A stretch of 64,000 bases of DNA, from contig CAVSBT010000016.1 of assembly GCA_963726245.1 (NCBI GenBank), forward strand, positions 42,901 to 106,900. The letters run 5' to 3'. Shown piece by piece: positions 14,153-25,914 of the stretch. Every line of letters begins with the position of its first letter. Within the stretch, counting starts at the first letter, position 1. Both the position numbers and the translations under genes were made by a program. A model generated the notes under the pieces. It had not been told where the DNA came from. It made no database searches and saw nothing but the letters and a program-made list of their open reading frames with translations. Source of the stretch: an uncultured Chloroflexia bacterium (GTDB lineage: Bacteria > Chloroflexota > Dehalococcoidia > DSTF01 > JALHUB01).

Positions 14153-14536
14153 TTACTTCTTGGCGACAGAGCGACGCTTGCCGGCCACCGTCCGGCGGGC
14201 GCCTCGCTTCGTGCGGGCGTTGGTGCGGGTGCGCTGTCCGTGCACCGGCAGCCCGCGACGGTGGCGCATGCCGCGGTAGCAGTTGATCTCGATCAGGCGC
14301 TGGATGTTCTGCCTCACCTCGCGCCGCAGGTCGCCTTCCACCGTGTACCCACGGTCGATGTTCTCCCGGATGCTGGTCACCTCGTCATCGGTGAGGTCCC
14401 GCACGCGGGTCTCCGGCGAGACTTTGGCGGCGGCGACGATCCGGCTGGCCAGGGTGGGGCCGATGCCGTAGATGTAGCGCAAGGCGATGTCGACCCGCTT
14501 ATCCCTGGGGATGTCTACACCGGCAATACGTGCCAT
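14153..14536 (-). CDS. rpsM: 30S ribosomal protein S13
   Basis: [32 protein letters not shown]. Confidence 0.98.
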   Translation of the reverse strand: MARIAGVDIPRDKRVDIALRYIYGIGPTLASRIVAAAKVSPETRVRDLTDDEVTSIRENIDRGYTVEGDLRREVRQNIQRLIEINCYRGMRHRRGLPVHGQRTRTNARTKRGARRTVAGKRRSVAKK

Positions 14537-14575
14537 GTCACCTCCTAGCCCGCACGCAGCGTGGAGTGTCCAATC

Positions 14576-14689
14576 CTAGCCCTGGCGCTGCTTGTGCTTC
14601 GGATTCTCACAGATAATCCTAAGCACGCCACGGCGCCGGATCAGCTTGCATTTCTCGCAGCGCGGCTTTACCGATGCCCTTACCTTCAT
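14576..14689 (-). CDS. rpmJ: 50S ribosomal protein L36 (not in the ORF track)
   Basis: Manual translation [37 protein letters not shown]; Zn-type CxxC...C....H. Confidence 0.97.
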   Translation of the reverse strand: MKVRASVKPRCEKCKLIRRRGVLRIICENPKHKQRQG

Positions 14690-14699
14690 CGAACTCTCT

Positions 14700-14918
14700 C
14701 TACTTGAACCGGTAGGTTATGCGGCCCCGGCTCAGGTCGTAGGGCGAAAGCTCCACCAGCACCCGGTCTCCAGGCAGGATCTTGATGAAGTGGAGCCTTA
14801 TCTTGCCCGAGATGTGCGCCAGCACCTGGTGGCCGTTGGGCAGCTCAACGCGGAACATGGCGTTGGGCAAGGGTTCCTTCACCAGCCCCTCGACCTCTAT
14901 TGCTTCCTTTTTCCCCAT
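14700..14918 (-). CDS. infA: Translation initiation factor IF-1
   Basis: [23 protein letters not shown]...SPYDL.RGRI. Confidence 0.98.
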   Translation of the reverse strand: MGKKEAIEVEGLVKEPLPNAMFRVELPNGHQVLAHISGKIRLHFIKILPGDRVLVELSPYDLSRGRITYRFK

Positions 14919-14938
14919 TCTCCCATCCGTTCCCTGTC

Positions 14939-15688
14939 TCAGGGAAGGGTCAGAACCTGCGCCTCGCCATCCGTGATGGCGATGGTGTGCTCGAAGTGGG
15001 CCGACAGGCTGCCGTCAAGGGTGCTGACCGTCCAGTTGTCGCTGTCACGCTTCGTGCGCCAGTCGCCGACGTTCACCATGGGCTCCAGAGCCAGCACCAT
15101 CCCCTTGCTGAGGATGGGACCCCGGTCCGGCGGGCCGTAGTTGGGCACCTGAGGCTCCTCGTGCATCTCCCGTCCGACGCCATGGCCCACGTACTCACGC
15201 ACCACCGAGAAGCCCGCGCCCTCGGCGTGGCGCTGGATGGCGAAGGAGACGGCCCCCAGCGGCGCACCGGCCCGGGCCGCCGCGATCCCCTTCCAGAGCG
15301 CCTCCTCCGTGGTCTTGACGAGACGCTCCGCCTCGGGGCTGATGCGGCCCACTCCGACGGTGATGGCCGCGTCACCCACGAAGCCGCGATGTGTGGCACC
15401 CAGGTCTATGCTGACGATATCTCCTTCTTGGAGGACTCTGTCCCCCGGGATGCCGTGCACTATCTGGTCGTTCACCGACACGCAGACGGTGGCCGGGTAG
15501 CCGTGATAGCCAAGAAAGGTTGGCGTCACCTCCCGCGCCGTGAACTCACGCCGGACGATGTCGTCCAGCTCCTTGACGACAAGCCCAGGACGAATCTCCT
15601 TCTTCAGTATCTCCAAGACCTGCGCGACGATGCGCCCCGCCTCGCGGATGATGGCGACCTCGTCGGCCGACTTTATGATAATGGGCAT
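14939..15688 (-). CDS. map: Methionine aminopeptidase type I
   Basis: CVSVND.IVHGIP, GHGVG..MHEEP, EPMVN, SAHFEHT. Confidence 0.97.
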   Translation of the reverse strand: MPIIIKSADEVAIIREAGRIVAQVLEILKKEIRPGLVVKELDDIVRREFTAREVTPTFLGYHGYPATVCVSVNDQIVHGIPGDRVLQEGDIVSIDLGATHRGFVGDAAITVGVGRISPEAERLVKTTEEALWKGIAAARAGAPLGAVSFAIQRHAEGAGFSVVREYVGHGVGREMHEEPQVPNYGPPDRGPILSKGMVLALEPMVNVGDWRTKRDSDNWTVSTLDGSLSAHFEHTIAITDGEAQVLTLP

Positions 15689-15715
15689 GAGCCGCCTTTC
15701 TAGCTCACACCCCCG

Positions 15716-16375
15716 TCAACGCGCCGGTGTCGAAGGACCCAGGCCCTTCAGCAGGGCCCGGCCCACAGCCTCTATGCCCTGCCCGCCGTCCACCTCGACC
15801 AGCTTGCCGCGCTGGCGGTAGTACTCCACCAAAGGTTCCGTGTCCCGGAAGTAGACGGTCAGGCGCCGGCGTACCGTCTCCGGCTGGTCGTCGCTCCGCT
15901 GGTACAGCTCGCCGCCGCACTGGTCGCAGCGACCGGCGGTCTTGGGCGGGCTGTTCCGCTGGTGATAGACGGCGCCACACTGGCGGCAGGTCCAGCGGCC
16001 GCCCAGGCGCTCTATCAGCTCCTCCTCACCGACCCGGATGTAGGCCACCTGGTCCACGGCCTGGCCTCGCCCGGCCAGGGCGCTGTCCAGGGCCTTGGCC
16101 TGCTCCAGGGTACGGGGGAACCCGTCCAGCATGCAGCCGCCGGCGCAGTCGGGCTGCGTCAGCCGCTCCAGGAGCATGCGGACGGTGATCTCATCGGGCA
16201 CCAGTTCGCCCCGGTCCACGTAGGCCTTGGCCTGCTGTCCCACCTCGCTGCCCGAGCGCATCGCCTCCCGGAACATGTCGCCGGTGGCGATGTGGGCAAG
16301 GTCCCGCGCTTGCGCCAGGAGCGCCGCCTGTGTACCCTTGCCGGCCCCTGGGGGCCCCAGCAGGATCAGAAACAT
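15716..16375 (-). CDS. adk: Adenylate kinase (Zn-binding LID)
   Basis: GPPGAGKGTQ, LDGFPRT, CxxC...CxxC, LYQRSDD. Confidence 0.97.
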   Translation of the reverse strand: MFLILLGPPGAGKGTQAALLAQARDLAHIATGDMFREAMRSGSEVGQQAKAYVDRGELVPDEITVRMLLERLTQPDCAGGCMLDGFPRTLEQAKALDSALAGRGQAVDQVAYIRVGEEELIERLGGRWTCRQCGAVYHQRNSPPKTAGRCDQCGGELYQRSDDQPETVRRRLTVYFRDTEPLVEYYRQRGKLVEVDGGQGIEAVGRALLKGLGPSTPAR

Positions 16376-16388
16376 CTGGCTACCCTCA

Positions 16389-17720
16389 TCAGCGAATGAA
16401 ACCCCCGTAGTCTCGCATCAAGAGTTGGGCCTCAAGCTGTCGCATGGTATCCAGCACCACGCCCACCACGATTATGAGCCCCGTGCTGCTGATACTTAGC
16501 TGCTGCACGTTCGTGAAGCGGGTGAAGAAGAAGGGCACCACAGCCACGAATCCCAGGAATATACCGCCGGCCCAGGTGATCCGCACCAGCACCCGCATGA
16601 TGTACTCCTGGGTGGGCCGCCCGGGTCTTATGCCGGGTATGAAGCCTCCTTGCTTTTGCAGGTTCTCGGCCAAGTTTTGCTGCTGGAAGATGACCAGCGT
16701 GTAGAAGAAAGTGAATATCACGACCAGGAAGAAGACCATGATATAGTACGGCCCTCCCCTGGGAGTGAAGATCCTCACGAGGAAGTCGGCCGTGTTCGCC
16801 ACCCAGGCCGTGCTGGAGCCCTGGAAGGCCTGGGCCGCGGCCGACGGGAAGATAACCAGCGAATAGGCGAAGATAAGCGGGATCATGCCTGCCGAGTTGA
16901 CCCGCAGCGGGATGTGGGTGGCCCCCGACTGCCGGTACATGCGCCCGCCCCGGAAGAGGCTGCGCGCGTACTGCACGGGCACCCGCCGCTGCGCCTCCTG
17001 CACGAAGACGATGGCCGCCAGCAGGCCGAAGACCAGCAATACCATGACGCCGATGCCCGCCAGGCCGGCCGAGGAGCTGGCGATGGTGGGCAGCATGCTC
17101 GGCAGGGAGGCTACTATGCCAGCGAAGATAATGATGGACACGCCGTTGCCGATGCCGTTCTCCGTGATGAGCTCGCCCAGCCAGACCAGGAACATGGTGC
17201 CGGCCGTCATGGAGATCACGGCGGCCGCCGTGGGCAGCGCCTCGCTGCCGGACACCCCTATGCCGCTGATGGCGCCCGACCGCTGCAGGACGATGAGCTG
17301 GCTGTAGCCCTGGATGACGGCCAGGGGTATGGCCAGCCAGTGGGTGTACTGCTGGATCTTGTTGTGCCCCGACTCCCCTTCCTTGGACAGCGCCTGGAGC
17401 GAGGGCACGATGGGGATCATGACCTGTAGGATGATCGAGGCCGTGATGTACGGATAGACGCCCAGAGCCGCCACGCTGAGGTTGCGCAGGGCGCCGCCGC
17501 TGAACAGGTTCAGGAAGCCCAGGACCGCGTTGTTCTCGAAGGCCTGTTTCAGGAGTTTCGGATCGATGCCGGGGATGGGCATGTGGGCCACGAACCGGAA
17601 GATGACGAGCATGGCGAAAGTGAAGAGCAGCTTTCGCCTCAGGTCCGGCTGCTGGAAGGCGTCGAAAAGCGCCTGAAGCAGCCGCGGTCGTTGGGTCTGC
17701 TGGGCCCGGGACGCGATCAC
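16389..17720 (-). CDS. secY: Preprotein translocase SecY
   Basis: [34 protein letters not shown]. Confidence 0.98.
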   Translation of the reverse strand: MIASRAQQTQRPRLLQALFDAFQQPDLRRKLLFTFAMLVIFRFVAHMPIPGIDPKLLKQAFENNAVLGFLNLFSGGALRNLSVAALGVYPYITASIILQVMIPIVPSLQALSKEGESGHNKIQQYTHWLAIPLAVIQGYSQLIVLQRSGAISGIGVSGSEALPTAAAVISMTAGTMFLVWLGELITENGIGNGVSIIIFAGIVASLPSMLPTIASSSAGLAGIGVMVLLVFGLLAAIVFVQEAQRRVPVQYARSLFRGGRMYRQSGATHIPLRVNSAGMIPLIFAYSLVIFPSAAAQAFQGSSTAWVANTADFLVRIFTPRGGPYYIMVFFLVVIFTFFYTLVIFQQQNLAENLQKQGGFIPGIRPGRPTQEYIMRVLVRITWAGGIFLGFVAVVPFFFTRFTNVQQLSISSTGLIIVVGVVLDTMRQLEAQLLMRDYGGFIR

Positions 17721-18466
17721 GCCTCTATCACCTCTGCCGTGCCTTCGGCCGGCTCGACCACCTCTGCCTTACGTCGGGCGGCCTTCCTTACCTTTGCCTT
17801 GCCTCCAGCGGCCTCCGGCACCTCTGCCTCTTCCGCCGGCTCGACCACCTCTGCCTTAGCTTCGGCCGCCTCCGTCACCTCTGCCTTGGCTCCGGCGGCC
17901 TCCGGCACCTCCGCCGTGCCTTCCGCCGGCTCGACCACCTCTGCCTTGCGTCGGGCGGCCTTTTTCACCTCTGTCTTGGCTCCGACAGCCTCTATCACCT
18001 CTGCCTCGGCTCCGACGGCCCCTATCACCTCTGCCTTGCCACCGGCCGCCTCGATCTTCTCGCGTGCGGCCGCCGAGAACTTATGCGCATGCACGGTCAA
18101 GGCGCCTTCCAGGTCGCCCTGGCCCAGGACCTTGACCGGCTTCTTGAGATTCTTGATGACGCCCGCCCGCACGAGCGCTTCCGGCGTGACATCGCTACCG
18201 GTTGGGAAGCGGCTGGGCAGGCTGCTCAGGTTCACCTCCGCGTACTCGACGCGAAAGATGTTGGTGAAGCCGCGCTTGCGCGACAGGCGCCGGATCAGAG
18301 GGAGTTGCCCTCCCTCGAAGCCGAGGTGCAGTCCGGGGCCGCTGCGAGCCTTCTGGCCCTTGAGTCCCCGACCCGAATACGTACCGTGGCCGCTGGCGTT
18401 GCCACGGCCCACGCGCTTGCGCTTGTGCTTGGCGCCCCTCGGTGGCCGCAGGTCATTCTGTAGCAT
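17717..18466 (-). CDS. rplO: 50S ribosomal protein L15 with ~105-aa repetitive C-terminal extension
   Basis: [39 protein letters not shown] followed by repeats. Confidence 0.96.
   Translation of the reverse strand: MLQNDLRPPRGAKHKRKRVGRGNASGHGTYSGRGLKGQKARSGPGLHLGFEGGQLPLIRRLSRKRGFTNIFRVEYAEVNLSSLPSRFPTGSDVTPEALVRAGVIKNLKKPVKVLGQGDLEGALTVHAHKFSAAAREKIEAAGGKAEVIGAVGAEAEVIEAVGAKTEVKKAARRKAEVVEPAEGTAEVPEAAGAKAEVTEAAEAKAEVVEPAEEAEVPEAAGGKAKVRKAARRKAEVVEPAEGTAEVIEA
17720..18050. repeat. Degenerate ~30-bp tandem repeat (~11 units, core ACCTCTGCC) coding the L15 tail
   Basis: Recurrent CACCTCTGCCTT at roughly 30-bp spacing; peptide A..KAEV.E. Confidence 0.85.
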
Positions 18467-18469
18467 CGG

Positions 18470-18655
18470 CTACTCGCTGACCTCCTCGACGGCCACCAGG
18501 TGCTTCACTTTGGTGATCATACCACGCACCGAACGTGAATCGCTATGTTCGACGGTCTGGCCCAGGCGTCGCAGCCCCAGGGCCTCGATCGTCCTCTTCT
18601 GGTCCATCTGGTAGCCAATGGCGCTCTTCTTCCAGGTGATCCTAAGCCGGCCCAC
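18470..18655 (-). CDS. rpmD: 50S ribosomal protein L30
   Basis: KS.IG....QKRT..ALGL, RGMI.KV.HLV. Confidence 0.96.
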   Translation of the reverse strand: MGRLRITWKKSAIGYQMDQKRTIEALGLRRLGQTVEHSDSRSVRGMITKVKHLVAVEEVSE

Positions 18656-19172
18656 GAGAAGCCTCCGCGGCTTTCGCCGCCGCCCGGCGACGCGCCAGTT
18701 CCACTCGCGGCTCGCGCATGTTCTGCAGGCCCTGCATGGTGGCCTTGACCACGTTGATGGGGTTGGCGCTGCCCAGGGACTTGGTAAGGATGTCCTTGAT
18801 GCCCGCAGCCTCGACGACGGCCCGAACGCCCCCTCCAGCGATGGCGCCCGTCCCCGCTGAGGCCGGCTTCATCAAGACCTTGGCCGCGCCATAGCGAGCC
18901 AGCACCGGGTGGGGGATGGTGGTCCCAACCATAGGTACCTGGATCAGGTTCTTGCGGGCGATGGCCGCCCCCTTGCGGATCGCCTCTGGCACCTCGTTGG
19001 CTTTGCCCAGGCCGGCCCCCACGCGTCCCTGTCCGTCTCCTACAACCACCACGGCGCTGAAACTGAAGCGGCGGCCGCCCTTGACCACCTTGGAGACGCG
19101 GTTGATGTACACAACCTTCTCTGTCAGCTCCAGCTTGCGAGCGTCGCTATCATCAAACGGCGTTGTTACCAT
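18642..19172 (-). CDS. rpsE: 30S ribosomal protein S5
   Basis: [24 protein letters not shown]. Confidence 0.98.
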   Translation of the reverse strand: MVTTPFDDSDARKLELTEKVVYINRVSKVVKGGRRFSFSAVVVVGDGQGRVGAGLGKANEVPEAIRKGAAIARKNLIQVPMVGTTIPHPVLARYGAAKVLMKPASAGTGAIAGGGVRAVVEAAGIKDILTKSLGSANPINVVKATMQGLQNMREPRVELARRRAAAKAAEASRGPA

Positions 19173-19182
19173 GCCTGTATCC

Positions 19183-19551
19183 TCAGAACTTCAGGCCCGC
19201 CTCGCGAGCAGCCTCGGCCAGGGCCTTCACTCGACCGTGGTACTTGTACCCTCCCCGGTCGAAGACGATCTCCTTGATGCCCTTCTCCAGGGCGCGCTGT
19301 CCCACCAGTTTGCCGACCAGCGCGGCCCGACCTGTCTTGCGTGTGCCGTCGACGCTGGCCCGCGCCTCCTTCTCCAGGTCCGATGCGGCAACCAGCGTTC
19401 GCCCGCTCTCGTCGTCGATCACCTGAGCGTAGATGTGGGACAGGCTGCGGAAGATACAGAGCCGGGGACGGCTCGCCGTGCCTTCCACCCGCTTTCTGAC
19501 CCGGACGTGGCGCCGCCGGCGCGCCGCCCAGGCGGTGTTACCGCTTTTCAT
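19183..19551 (-). CDS. rplR: 50S ribosomal protein L18
   Basis: [24 protein letters not shown]. Confidence 0.98.
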   Translation of the reverse strand: MKSGNTAWAARRRRHVRVRKRVEGTASRPRLCIFRSLSHIYAQVIDDESGRTLVAASDLEKEARASVDGTRKTGRAALVGKLVGQRALEKGIKEIVFDRGGYKYHGRVKALAEAAREAGLKF

Positions 19552-19562
19552 CTATGCCCGCG

Positions 19563-20108
19563 TCACCTGACGGCCTTGCCCGCCTTACCGGCCTTGCGTC
19601 GCACGTGCTCACCGGCGTAGCGAATGCCCTTGCCCTTGTACGGCTCGGGAGGACGTACGCGGCGGATCTCCGCCGCCACCTGTCCAACCTTCTCTTTGTC
19701 GATGCCGCGCACATGGATGCGGTTCGTCCCTTCCACTTCCAGGCTGATGCCCTCCGGGGGCGCGATCTCCACCGTGTGGGAGAGCCCCACGGAGAGGACG
19801 AGCCGGTCACCCTGCTGTTGCGCGCGGTAGCCCACTCCCTGCATCTCCAGCGTCTTCGTGAACCCCTTCTGGACGCCGATCACCATGTTGGCCACCAGCG
19901 TCCGTGTGAGCCCGTGGAGGGAACGGTGACGGGGCGCGTCGCTGGGGCGCGCCACTCTCAGCTCGCCCTCCCCCAGATGAAGGAGCATTTCGGGGTGAAG
20001 ATCGCGCGAAAGCTCACCGCGGGGCCCCTTCACTGTGACGTGGTTCCCCTCGATCTCCACCTTCACGTCAGGCGAGACGGCTATCGGCAGTCGACCTACG
20101 CGAGACAT
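19563..20108 (-). CDS. rplF: 50S ribosomal protein L6
   Basis: [25 protein letters not shown]. Confidence 0.98.
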   Translation of the reverse strand: MSRVGRLPIAVSPDVKVEIEGNHVTVKGPRGELSRDLHPEMLLHLGEGELRVARPSDAPRHRSLHGLTRTLVANMVIGVQKGFTKTLEMQGVGYRAQQQGDRLVLSVGLSHTVEIAPPEGISLEVEGTNRIHVRGIDKEKVGQVAAEIRRVRPPEPYKGKGIRYAGEHVRRKAGKAGKAVR

Positions 20109-20121
20109 CTCCCTGATTCAC

Positions 20122-20520
20122 CTACCAGACGTAGCAGAGCAGCTCGCCACCTATCCGCTGGCGCCAGGCCTGCTGCCCCGTCATCACTCCCTGAGGAGTG
20201 GACATGATGGCGATGCCCAGACCGCCGTACACGCGCGGAATCTCCCCGTTCTGCACGTAGACCCGCAGGCCGGGCTTGCTCACTCTTCGAATGCCGCTGA
20301 GAAGGGACTCCTTCTTTCCCACGTAGACGAGTTGGATTCGCAACGTCTTGCGCGGGCCCTCCTCCTTGGTCTCAAAGTCACGAATGAACCCCTCCTCCTT
20401 GAGCACACGGGCTATGGCCACCTTGAGCTTGGAGGCGGGGACGTTGACGTAGTCGTGCTTGGCCGCCACCGCGTTGCGGATGCGGGTCAGCATATCGGCG
20501 ATTGGGTCTGTCATGTTCAT
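20122..20520 (-). CDS. rpsH: 30S ribosomal protein S8
   Basis: [30 protein letters not shown]. Confidence 0.98.
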   Translation of the reverse strand: MNMTDPIADMLTRIRNAVAAKHDYVNVPASKLKVAIARVLKEEGFIRDFETKEEGPRKTLRIQLVYVGKKESLLSGIRRVSKPGLRVYVQNGEIPRVYGGLGIAIMSTPQGVMTGQQAWRQRIGGELLCYVW

Positions 20521-20586
20521 CGCTGGCTCCCTCCTGTGGCGGAGGCGGTACGGAGACCGCCCGTGGCCTCTAGAGCCAACACCTGC

Positions 20587-20772
20587 CTACCAGCTAGACT
20601 TCTGTACTCCCGGCAACTGACCCTCCAGGGCCAGGTGGCGGAAGCATATGCGGCACATGCCGAACAACCGGATGAAGGCGCGGGGGCGGCCGCAGAGGCG
20701 ACAACGGTTCCTCTGGCGAGACTGATACTTGGCGGGCCGCCGGGCCCTGACGATCTTGGATATCTTTGCCAA
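20587..20772 (-). CDS. rpsN: 30S ribosomal protein S14, type Z (Zn-binding)
   Basis: RC..CGRPR....FG.CRICFR, 61 aa. Confidence 0.97.
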   Translation of the reverse strand: MAKISKIVRARRPAKYQSRQRNRCRLCGRPRAFIRLFGMCRICFRHLALEGQLPGVQKSSW

Positions 20773-20786
20773 CTTCCTCGCGCCCC

Positions 20787-21332
20787 CTAATTACGGCTAA
20801 ATGGCATCCCCAGGAGCTGCAGCAGCCGCTTGCCCTCTTCGTCGTTGCGGGCGGTGGTAACCAGCGTCATCTGCAGCCCACGGATGTGGTCTATCTTGTC
20901 GTACTCGATCTCCGGGAAGATAAGCTGCTCCCGGATGCCCAGGGTGTAGTTGCCGCGGCCGTCGAAGCCCTTGTTGGAGACGCCGTGGAAGTCACGGATG
21001 CGCGGCAGAGCGGCGTTCACCATCCGGTCGATGAACTCCCACATGCGGTCACCGCGCACCGTCACCATCAGTCCGATGGCGTTACCCTCCCGGATCTTGA
21101 AGTTGGCGATGGAGCGCCTGGCGCGGGTGATGACGGGCTTCTGGCCGGTGATGGCGGCGATGTCGCTGGCCGCCGAGTCCATGGCCTTCGGGTTCTGGAG
21201 GGCCTCCCCCATGCCGATGTTGATCACGACCTTCTCCAGGCGGGGCACCTCCATGGCATTGCGGTAGCCGAACTCCTTCATAAGGGCCGGCACCACGTCC
21301 TGCCGGTACGTCTCTTTCAGCCTGGGTATCAC
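20787..21332 (-). CDS. rplE: 50S ribosomal protein L5
   Basis: [25 protein letters not shown]. Confidence 0.98.
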   Translation of the reverse strand: MIPRLKETYRQDVVPALMKEFGYRNAMEVPRLEKVVINIGMGEALQNPKAMDSAASDIAAITGQKPVITRARRSIANFKIREGNAIGLMVTVRGDRMWEFIDRMVNAALPRIRDFHGVSNKGFDGRGNYTLGIREQLIFPEIEYDKIDHIRGLQMTLVTTARNDEEGKRLLQLLGMPFSRN

Positions 21333-21341
21333 CTGGCCTCC

Positions 21342-21656
21342 CTAATCGATGTCCTCTTTGCAGATGCGACAGATGCGCGCCTTGACGCCGTCCTGCCGCA
21401 CACGCGTGGCCACCCTTGTCGGCTTCGCGCAGCTCTTGCAGATGAGCATGACGTTGGAGGCGTGGATCGGGGCCTCCTTCTCGATGATGCCGGCCTGTGT
21501 GCCCATGGCCCGGGGGCGCATGTGCCGCTTGATCATGTTCACCCCCTGCACCACGAGCCGGTTCTCTCGGGGGAACACCTGCCTCACCTGCCCCTGCTTG
21601 CCCCGGTCCTTGCCGGCGATCACCAGCACCACGTCTTCCCGCTTGATCCTGCCCAC
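21342..21656 (-). CDS. rplX: 50S ribosomal protein L24
   Basis: VIAGKDRGK.G, EAPIHASNV. Confidence 0.97.
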   Translation of the reverse strand: MGRIKREDVVLVIAGKDRGKQGQVRQVFPRENRLVVQGVNMIKRHMRPRAMGTQAGIIEKEAPIHASNVMLICKSCAKPTRVATRVRQDGVKARICRICKEDID

Positions 21657-21657
21657 C

Positions 21658-22026
21658 TCAGACCACCTCCGGCGCCAGGGAGACGATCTTCATGAACTGG
21701 CGCTCCCTCAACTCGCGAGCCACCGGCCCGAAGATGCGGCTCCCGCGCGGGTTCTGCTTGTCGGAGAGAAGGACGGCCGCATTCTCGTCGAAGCGGATGT
21801 AGGAGCCGTCCCGACGCCCGTACGTCTTGGCGGTCCGCACCACCACCGCCCGCACCACGTCGCCTTTCTTGACGGCGGCGCCCGGCTGCGCCAGCTTGAC
21901 GGCGGCGACGATGACGTCTCCCACTCGGGCATAGCGACGGCGCGTGCCTCCCAGAACCTGGATGCACATGACCACGCGCGCCCCCGAGTTGTCGGCCACC
22001 TTCAGGCGAGAGAACTTTTGGATCAC
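21658..22026 (-). CDS. rplN: 50S ribosomal protein L14
   Basis: [32 protein letters not shown]. Confidence 0.98.
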   Translation of the reverse strand: MIQKFSRLKVADNSGARVVMCIQVLGGTRRRYARVGDVIVAAVKLAQPGAAVKKGDVVRAVVVRTAKTYGRRDGSYIRFDENAAVLLSDKQNPRGSRIFGPVARELRERQFMKIVSLAPEVV

Positions 22027-22957
22027 CGCTCTTCCTCGACCTCCGGCGCTTCCTGCGTCGCCTCAGGCGGCGCCTCTTCGGCCTCGGTGACGGGCTCCGG
22101 CACCTCGGCCACGGCCTCGGGCTCCACGACGGCCTCCGGCGCCTCGACTACGGCTTCGGGCTCCACGACGGCCTCCGGCGCCTCAGCCACGGCCTCGGGC
22201 TCCACGACGGCCTCCGGCGCCTCGACCACGGCTTCGGGCTCCACGACCGCCTCCGGCGCCTCAGCCACGGCTTCGGGCTCCACGACGGCCTCCGGCGCCT
22301 CGACCACGGCTTCGGGCTCCACGACGGCCTCCGGCGCCTCGACCACGGCTTCGGGCTCCACGACGGCCTCCGGCGCCTCAGCCACGGCCTCGGGCTCCAC
22401 GACGGCCTCCGGCGCCTCGACCACGGCTTCGGGCTCCACGACGGCCTCCGGCGCCTCGACCACGGCTTCGGGCTCCACGACGGCCTCCGGCGCCTCAGCC
22501 ACGGCTTCGGGCTCCACGACGGCCTCCGGCGCCTCAGCCACGGCCTCGGGCTCCACGACGGCCTCCGGCGCCTCGCCACGGCCTCGGCCTCTACGACCGC
22601 CTCCGGCGCCTCTGCCGCGCGCTCCACCACCGGGGGCGGCGTCTTGGCGCTGAGCTCCTCGATCAGCTCGGCGTCGATCTCCTGCGGCTTCACCTCGGCC
22701 ACCTCGCCGCGTACCAGCACCTCGGCGACGCGCCAGCGCTTCTCCCGCGACAGGGGCCGTGTCTCGACGATGCGCACGAGGTCGCCTAGGCCGCAGACAC
22801 TGTTCTCATCGTGGACCTTGAAGCGCCGCGTCTGTCGCAGGATCTTCTTGTAGATGCGGTGACGCTTGAAGGTCTCGATGGCGACCACCACAGTCTTCTG
22901 CATCTTGTTGGAGACAACGACGCCGATGCGTTCTTTGCGACGAGTTTCTCCCGTCAC
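22023..22957 (-). CDS. rpsQ: 30S ribosomal protein S17 with very long Glu/Ala/Pro/Val repeat tail (apparent 1-bp deletion near 22575)
   Basis: [25 protein letters not shown] core; GTG start overlaps rpmC stop; tail stop overlaps rplN start. Confidence 0.93.
22100..22615. repeat. 39-bp tandem repeat, ~13 units, coding [12 protein letters not shown](A/V)
   Basis: Unit GCCTCCGGCGCCTC(GA/AG)CCACGGC(T/C)TCGGGCTCCACGACG repeated head to tail without spacers. Confidence 0.95.
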
Positions 22958-23205
22958 GACCCATGCTCCTCGGCGGCAGCGAAGGCCGCCTCCAGTTCTT
23001 TTTCGCGCTGTATGGTCTTGATGCGGGCGATGCGCCGCCGTACCTTGCTCGCCTCGTTGACGTTGGTGAGCTGGCGGGTGGATAGCTGGAGGCGCACCGT
23101 GAAGGACTGACGGTAGGCTTCGCCCAGCTCCTTGTCCAGGTCCTCGCCGGACTTGGCCCGCAGCTCCTGCAACGCCTTGTTTGCTCGCTTGACCTTGGCC
23201 GCCAT
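22954..23205 (-). CDS. rpmC: 50S ribosomal protein L29
   Basis: ELR.KS...[10 protein letters not shown]; located between rplP and rpsQ. Confidence 0.93.
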   Translation of the reverse strand: MAAKVKRANKALQELRAKSGEDLDKELGEAYRQSFTVRLQLSTRQLTNVNEASKVRRRIARIKTIQREKELEAAFAAAEEHGS

Positions 23206-23208
23206 CTT

Positions 23209-23628
23209 CTATAGACCCTCGTGTTCCCTGGCGATGAAGCGGGTGTCCAGGGGCAGCTTGTGCGATGCGAGGCGCATGGCCTCGCGGGCCACGTCCTCCC
23301 GCACGCCGGCGATCTCGAAGAGCATGCGGCCGGGCTTGACTACGGCTACCCAGTGGTCCACGGCGCCTTTGCCGCTGCCCATGCGCGTCTCCGCCGGCTT
23401 GCTGGTCACCGGCTTGTCGGGGAAGATGCGGATCCAGACCTTGCCGCCGCGTCGCACGTGGTGGGTGATGGCGCGCCGCGCTGCCTCGATCTGGCGGCTG
23501 GCGATCCAGGCTCGCCCCACGGCCTGGAGGCCAAACTCCCCGAAGGACACCTGGTTGCCGGCGTTGGCCTGCCCGCGGCGGTGTCCGCGGTGGACCTTGC
23601 GCCACTTGACCCGTTTTGGTTGAAGCAC
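23209..23628 (-). CDS. rplP: 50S ribosomal protein L16
   Basis: MLQPKR.K.RK, QIEAAR, RMGSGKG. Confidence 0.98.
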   Translation of the reverse strand: MLQPKRVKWRKVHRGHRRGQANAGNQVSFGEFGLQAVGRAWIASRQIEAARRAITHHVRRGGKVWIRIFPDKPVTSKPAETRMGSGKGAVDHWVAVVKPGRMLFEIAGVREDVAREAMRLASHKLPLDTRFIAREHEGL

Positions 23629-23630
23629 AG

Positions 23631-24416
23631 CTATTGCTCCGCCGATTGACTATTGGCGGGCGCCCCTTGCTCAGCCGGTGCAACGCCCTCAGCTTGGGCA
23701 CCCTCTCCCTCGCCCGGCGACGCCGACGCCACCCCAACGGGCGCCTCCTCCTCGACCTCGGCTTCCTTTGGCTTCCGAGGCGCCTTGGCTTCGGGCAGGA
23801 TGTCACCCTTGTAGATCCAGGCCTTGACGCCGATGCGGCCGAAGGTGGTGTGGGCTTCCGCCATCCCGTAGTCGATGTCGGCGCGGAGGGTGTGAAGGGG
23901 CACGCGGCCCTCCATGTCCGTCTCCCGGCGCGACATCTCGGAGCCGCCCAGGCGCCCGCCCACCGTGATCTTGACTCCTTTAGCGCCCCGCTGCATGGTT
24001 CGGGCCACGCTCTGCTTGAGGACGCGCCGGAAGGAAACCCGCCGCTGCAACTGCTCGGCGACGCTGCGGGCCACCAGTTGAGCGTCCAGCTCCGGCTGCC
24101 GGATCTCGGTGATGTTGACCCGCACCCGGCGGCCCGTCAGGCGCTCCAGCGTCAGCCGCAGCTCATCTACCTTCTGTCCGCCACGGCCGATGACGATGCC
24201 GGGCTTCGCGGTGTGCACCGTCACCACCACGTGGTTGGCATCGCGGTCGATCTCCACCTTCGAGATGCTGGCGTCCGCCAGGCCCTTCATGATGGTGCGC
24301 CGGATCGTCAGGTCCTCGTGCAGGAGACTCGTGTAGTGGCGATCGGCGTACCACTTGCTCTGCCAGCCGTAGATGATGCCCAGGCGAAACCCCGTCGGGT
24401 GGACCTTGTGACCCAC
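23631..24416 (-). CDS. rpsC: 30S ribosomal protein S3
   Basis: [33 protein letters not shown]. Confidence 0.98.
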   Translation of the reverse strand: MGHKVHPTGFRLGIIYGWQSKWYADRHYTSLLHEDLTIRRTIMKGLADASISKVEIDRDANHVVVTVHTAKPGIVIGRGGQKVDELRLTLERLTGRRVRVNITEIRQPELDAQLVARSVAEQLQRRVSFRRVLKQSVARTMQRGAKGVKITVGGRLGGSEMSRRETDMEGRVPLHTLRADIDYGMAEAHTTFGRIGVKAWIYKGDILPEAKAPRKPKEAEVEEEAPVGVASASPGEGEGAQAEGVAPAEQGAPANSQSAEQ

Positions 24417-24417
24417 G

Positions 24418-24756
24418 CTAAGTCTCCTGTTCTGCCACCACGATGGTTATGTGGCTCGAGGGGCGCCTAATGACTGCGGCGCGACCTCGCGGCCGCGGAC
24501 GGAACCTCTTTTGGCGGCGCGCCTCGCCCGCGTAGGCGGCCGTGATGCGCAGGTCCGCCATCGACATCTGGAAGTTGTTCTCGGCGTTGGCCGCCGCCGA
24601 TTTCACCAGCTTGGCCACCATGCGCGCGTTCGGCGTCGGCATGAACTGGAGCAAGGTAAGGGCCTCCTGGACCCGCTTGCCGGGCAGGGTCTCCAGCACC
24701 AGCCGCACTTTGCGGGCCGATACGCCGGTATGCTTGGCAGTGGCCTTGATCTCCAT
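24418..24756 (-). CDS. rplV: 50S ribosomal protein L22
   Basis: [24 protein letters not shown]. Confidence 0.97.
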   Translation of the reverse strand: MEIKATAKHTGVSARKVRLVLETLPGKRVQEALTLLQFMPTPNARMVAKLVKSAAANAENNFQMSMADLRITAAYAGEARRQKRFRPRPRGRAAVIRRPSSHITIVVAEQET

Positions 24757-24761
24757 GATCG

Positions 24762-25052
24762 CTATTTTCGCCTCACCTGGGTGGTCCGCTCTGACCGGCC
24801 GCTGTGCCCCCGGAAGTGGCGCGTGGCGGCGAACTCCCCCAGTTTATGGCCGACCATGTTCTCGGTGACGAAGATGGGCACGTGGCGCCGCCCGTCGTGG
24901 ACGCCGATGGTGAGCCCCACCATCTGCGGCATTATGGTTGAGGCCCGCGACCAGGTACGGATGACGGTCCGCTGGCCGGAGCGCAGCACGATGTCCACCT
25001 TCTTCATGAGCTTGGGCTCTACGAAGGGCCCTTTCTTGATCGAGCGCGACAT
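24762..25052 (-). CDS. rpsS: 30S ribosomal protein S19
   Basis: [25 protein letters not shown]. Confidence 0.98.
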   Translation of the reverse strand: MSRSIKKGPFVEPKLMKKVDIVLRSGQRTVIRTWSRASTIMPQMVGLTIGVHDGRRHVPIFVTENMVGHKLGEFAATRHFRGHSGRSERTTQVRRK

Positions 25053-25065
25053 GTCCTCTTACCTG

Positions 25066-25893
25066 CTAGCCGAATCGACGGCGCACGATGTACTTGTCGC
25101 TGGGCTTCTTGCCGCGGGTGCGGTATCCCATGGCGGGCTTGCCCCAGGGCGTCTTGGGCCCCGGCATCCCCACGGGCGCCTTGCCCTCGCCGCCGCCGTG
25201 GGGGTGATCGCGCGGGTTCATGGCGGCGCCACGGACCTCGGGCCGGCGCCCCCTGTGTCGCATACGGCCCGCCTTGCCCAGCTTGATGATGTTGTTCTCC
25301 ACGTTTCCCAACTGGCCTATGGTGGCCAGGCAGTCGGAGGGAAGGCGGCGCATCTCACCCGAGGGAAGGCGCACCAGGCTGTAGCGCTCCTCCTTCGCCA
25401 TCAGTTGGGCGGAGGTGCCGGCCCCGCGCACCAACTGGCCGCCCCTGCCGGCCATCAGCTCTAGGTTGTGGATCGTGGTGCCGTTAGGTATGTTCCGCAG
25501 CGGGAGGGCGTTACCCAGCTTGATCTCGGCATTCGGCCCTGACTCCACGCTGTCTCCGACCTGGATGCCCAAGGGGGCCAGGATGTAGCGCTTGTCCCCA
25601 TCCCGGTAGTGGATGAGGGCGATGCGGGCCGAGCGGTTGGGGTCGTACTCAATGCTGACCACCTTGCCCGGCACGCCCCACTTGTCCCGCTTGAAGTCGA
25701 TTAGACGCAGTTGCCGCTTCGAGCCGCCTCCCCGGTGCCGCACCGTGAGCCGGCCCTGGTTGTTGCGGCCGCCTCGACGCGCCAGCGGCGTGAGCAGGGA
25801 TCGCTCAGGCTTGCTGCGCGTGACCTCTTCGAAGGTGAAGCCGGACGACCCGCGCCGGCCGGGCGAGGTGGGCTTGTACTGCTTCAGTGCCAT
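25066..25893 (-). CDS. rplB: 50S ribosomal protein L2
   Basis: [26 protein letters not shown]. Confidence 0.99.
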   Translation of the reverse strand: MALKQYKPTSPGRRGSSGFTFEEVTRSKPERSLLTPLARRGGRNNQGRLTVRHRGGGSKRQLRLIDFKRDKWGVPGKVVSIEYDPNRSARIALIHYRDGDKRYILAPLGIQVGDSVESGPNAEIKLGNALPLRNIPNGTTIHNLELMAGRGGQLVRGAGTSAQLMAKEERYSLVRLPSGEMRRLPSDCLATIGQLGNVENNIIKLGKAGRMRHRGRRPEVRGAAMNPRDHPHGGGEGKAPVGMPGPKTPWGKPAMGYRTRGKKPSDKYIVRRRFG

Positions 25894-25914
25894 AGTCTTT
25901 CGCCTGTCCGAGCC

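Noticed and set aside
22100-22615. 39-bp array as a CRISPR array
   Set aside because: Units are contiguous with no unique spacers, code in frame within rpsQ, and no cas genes are present
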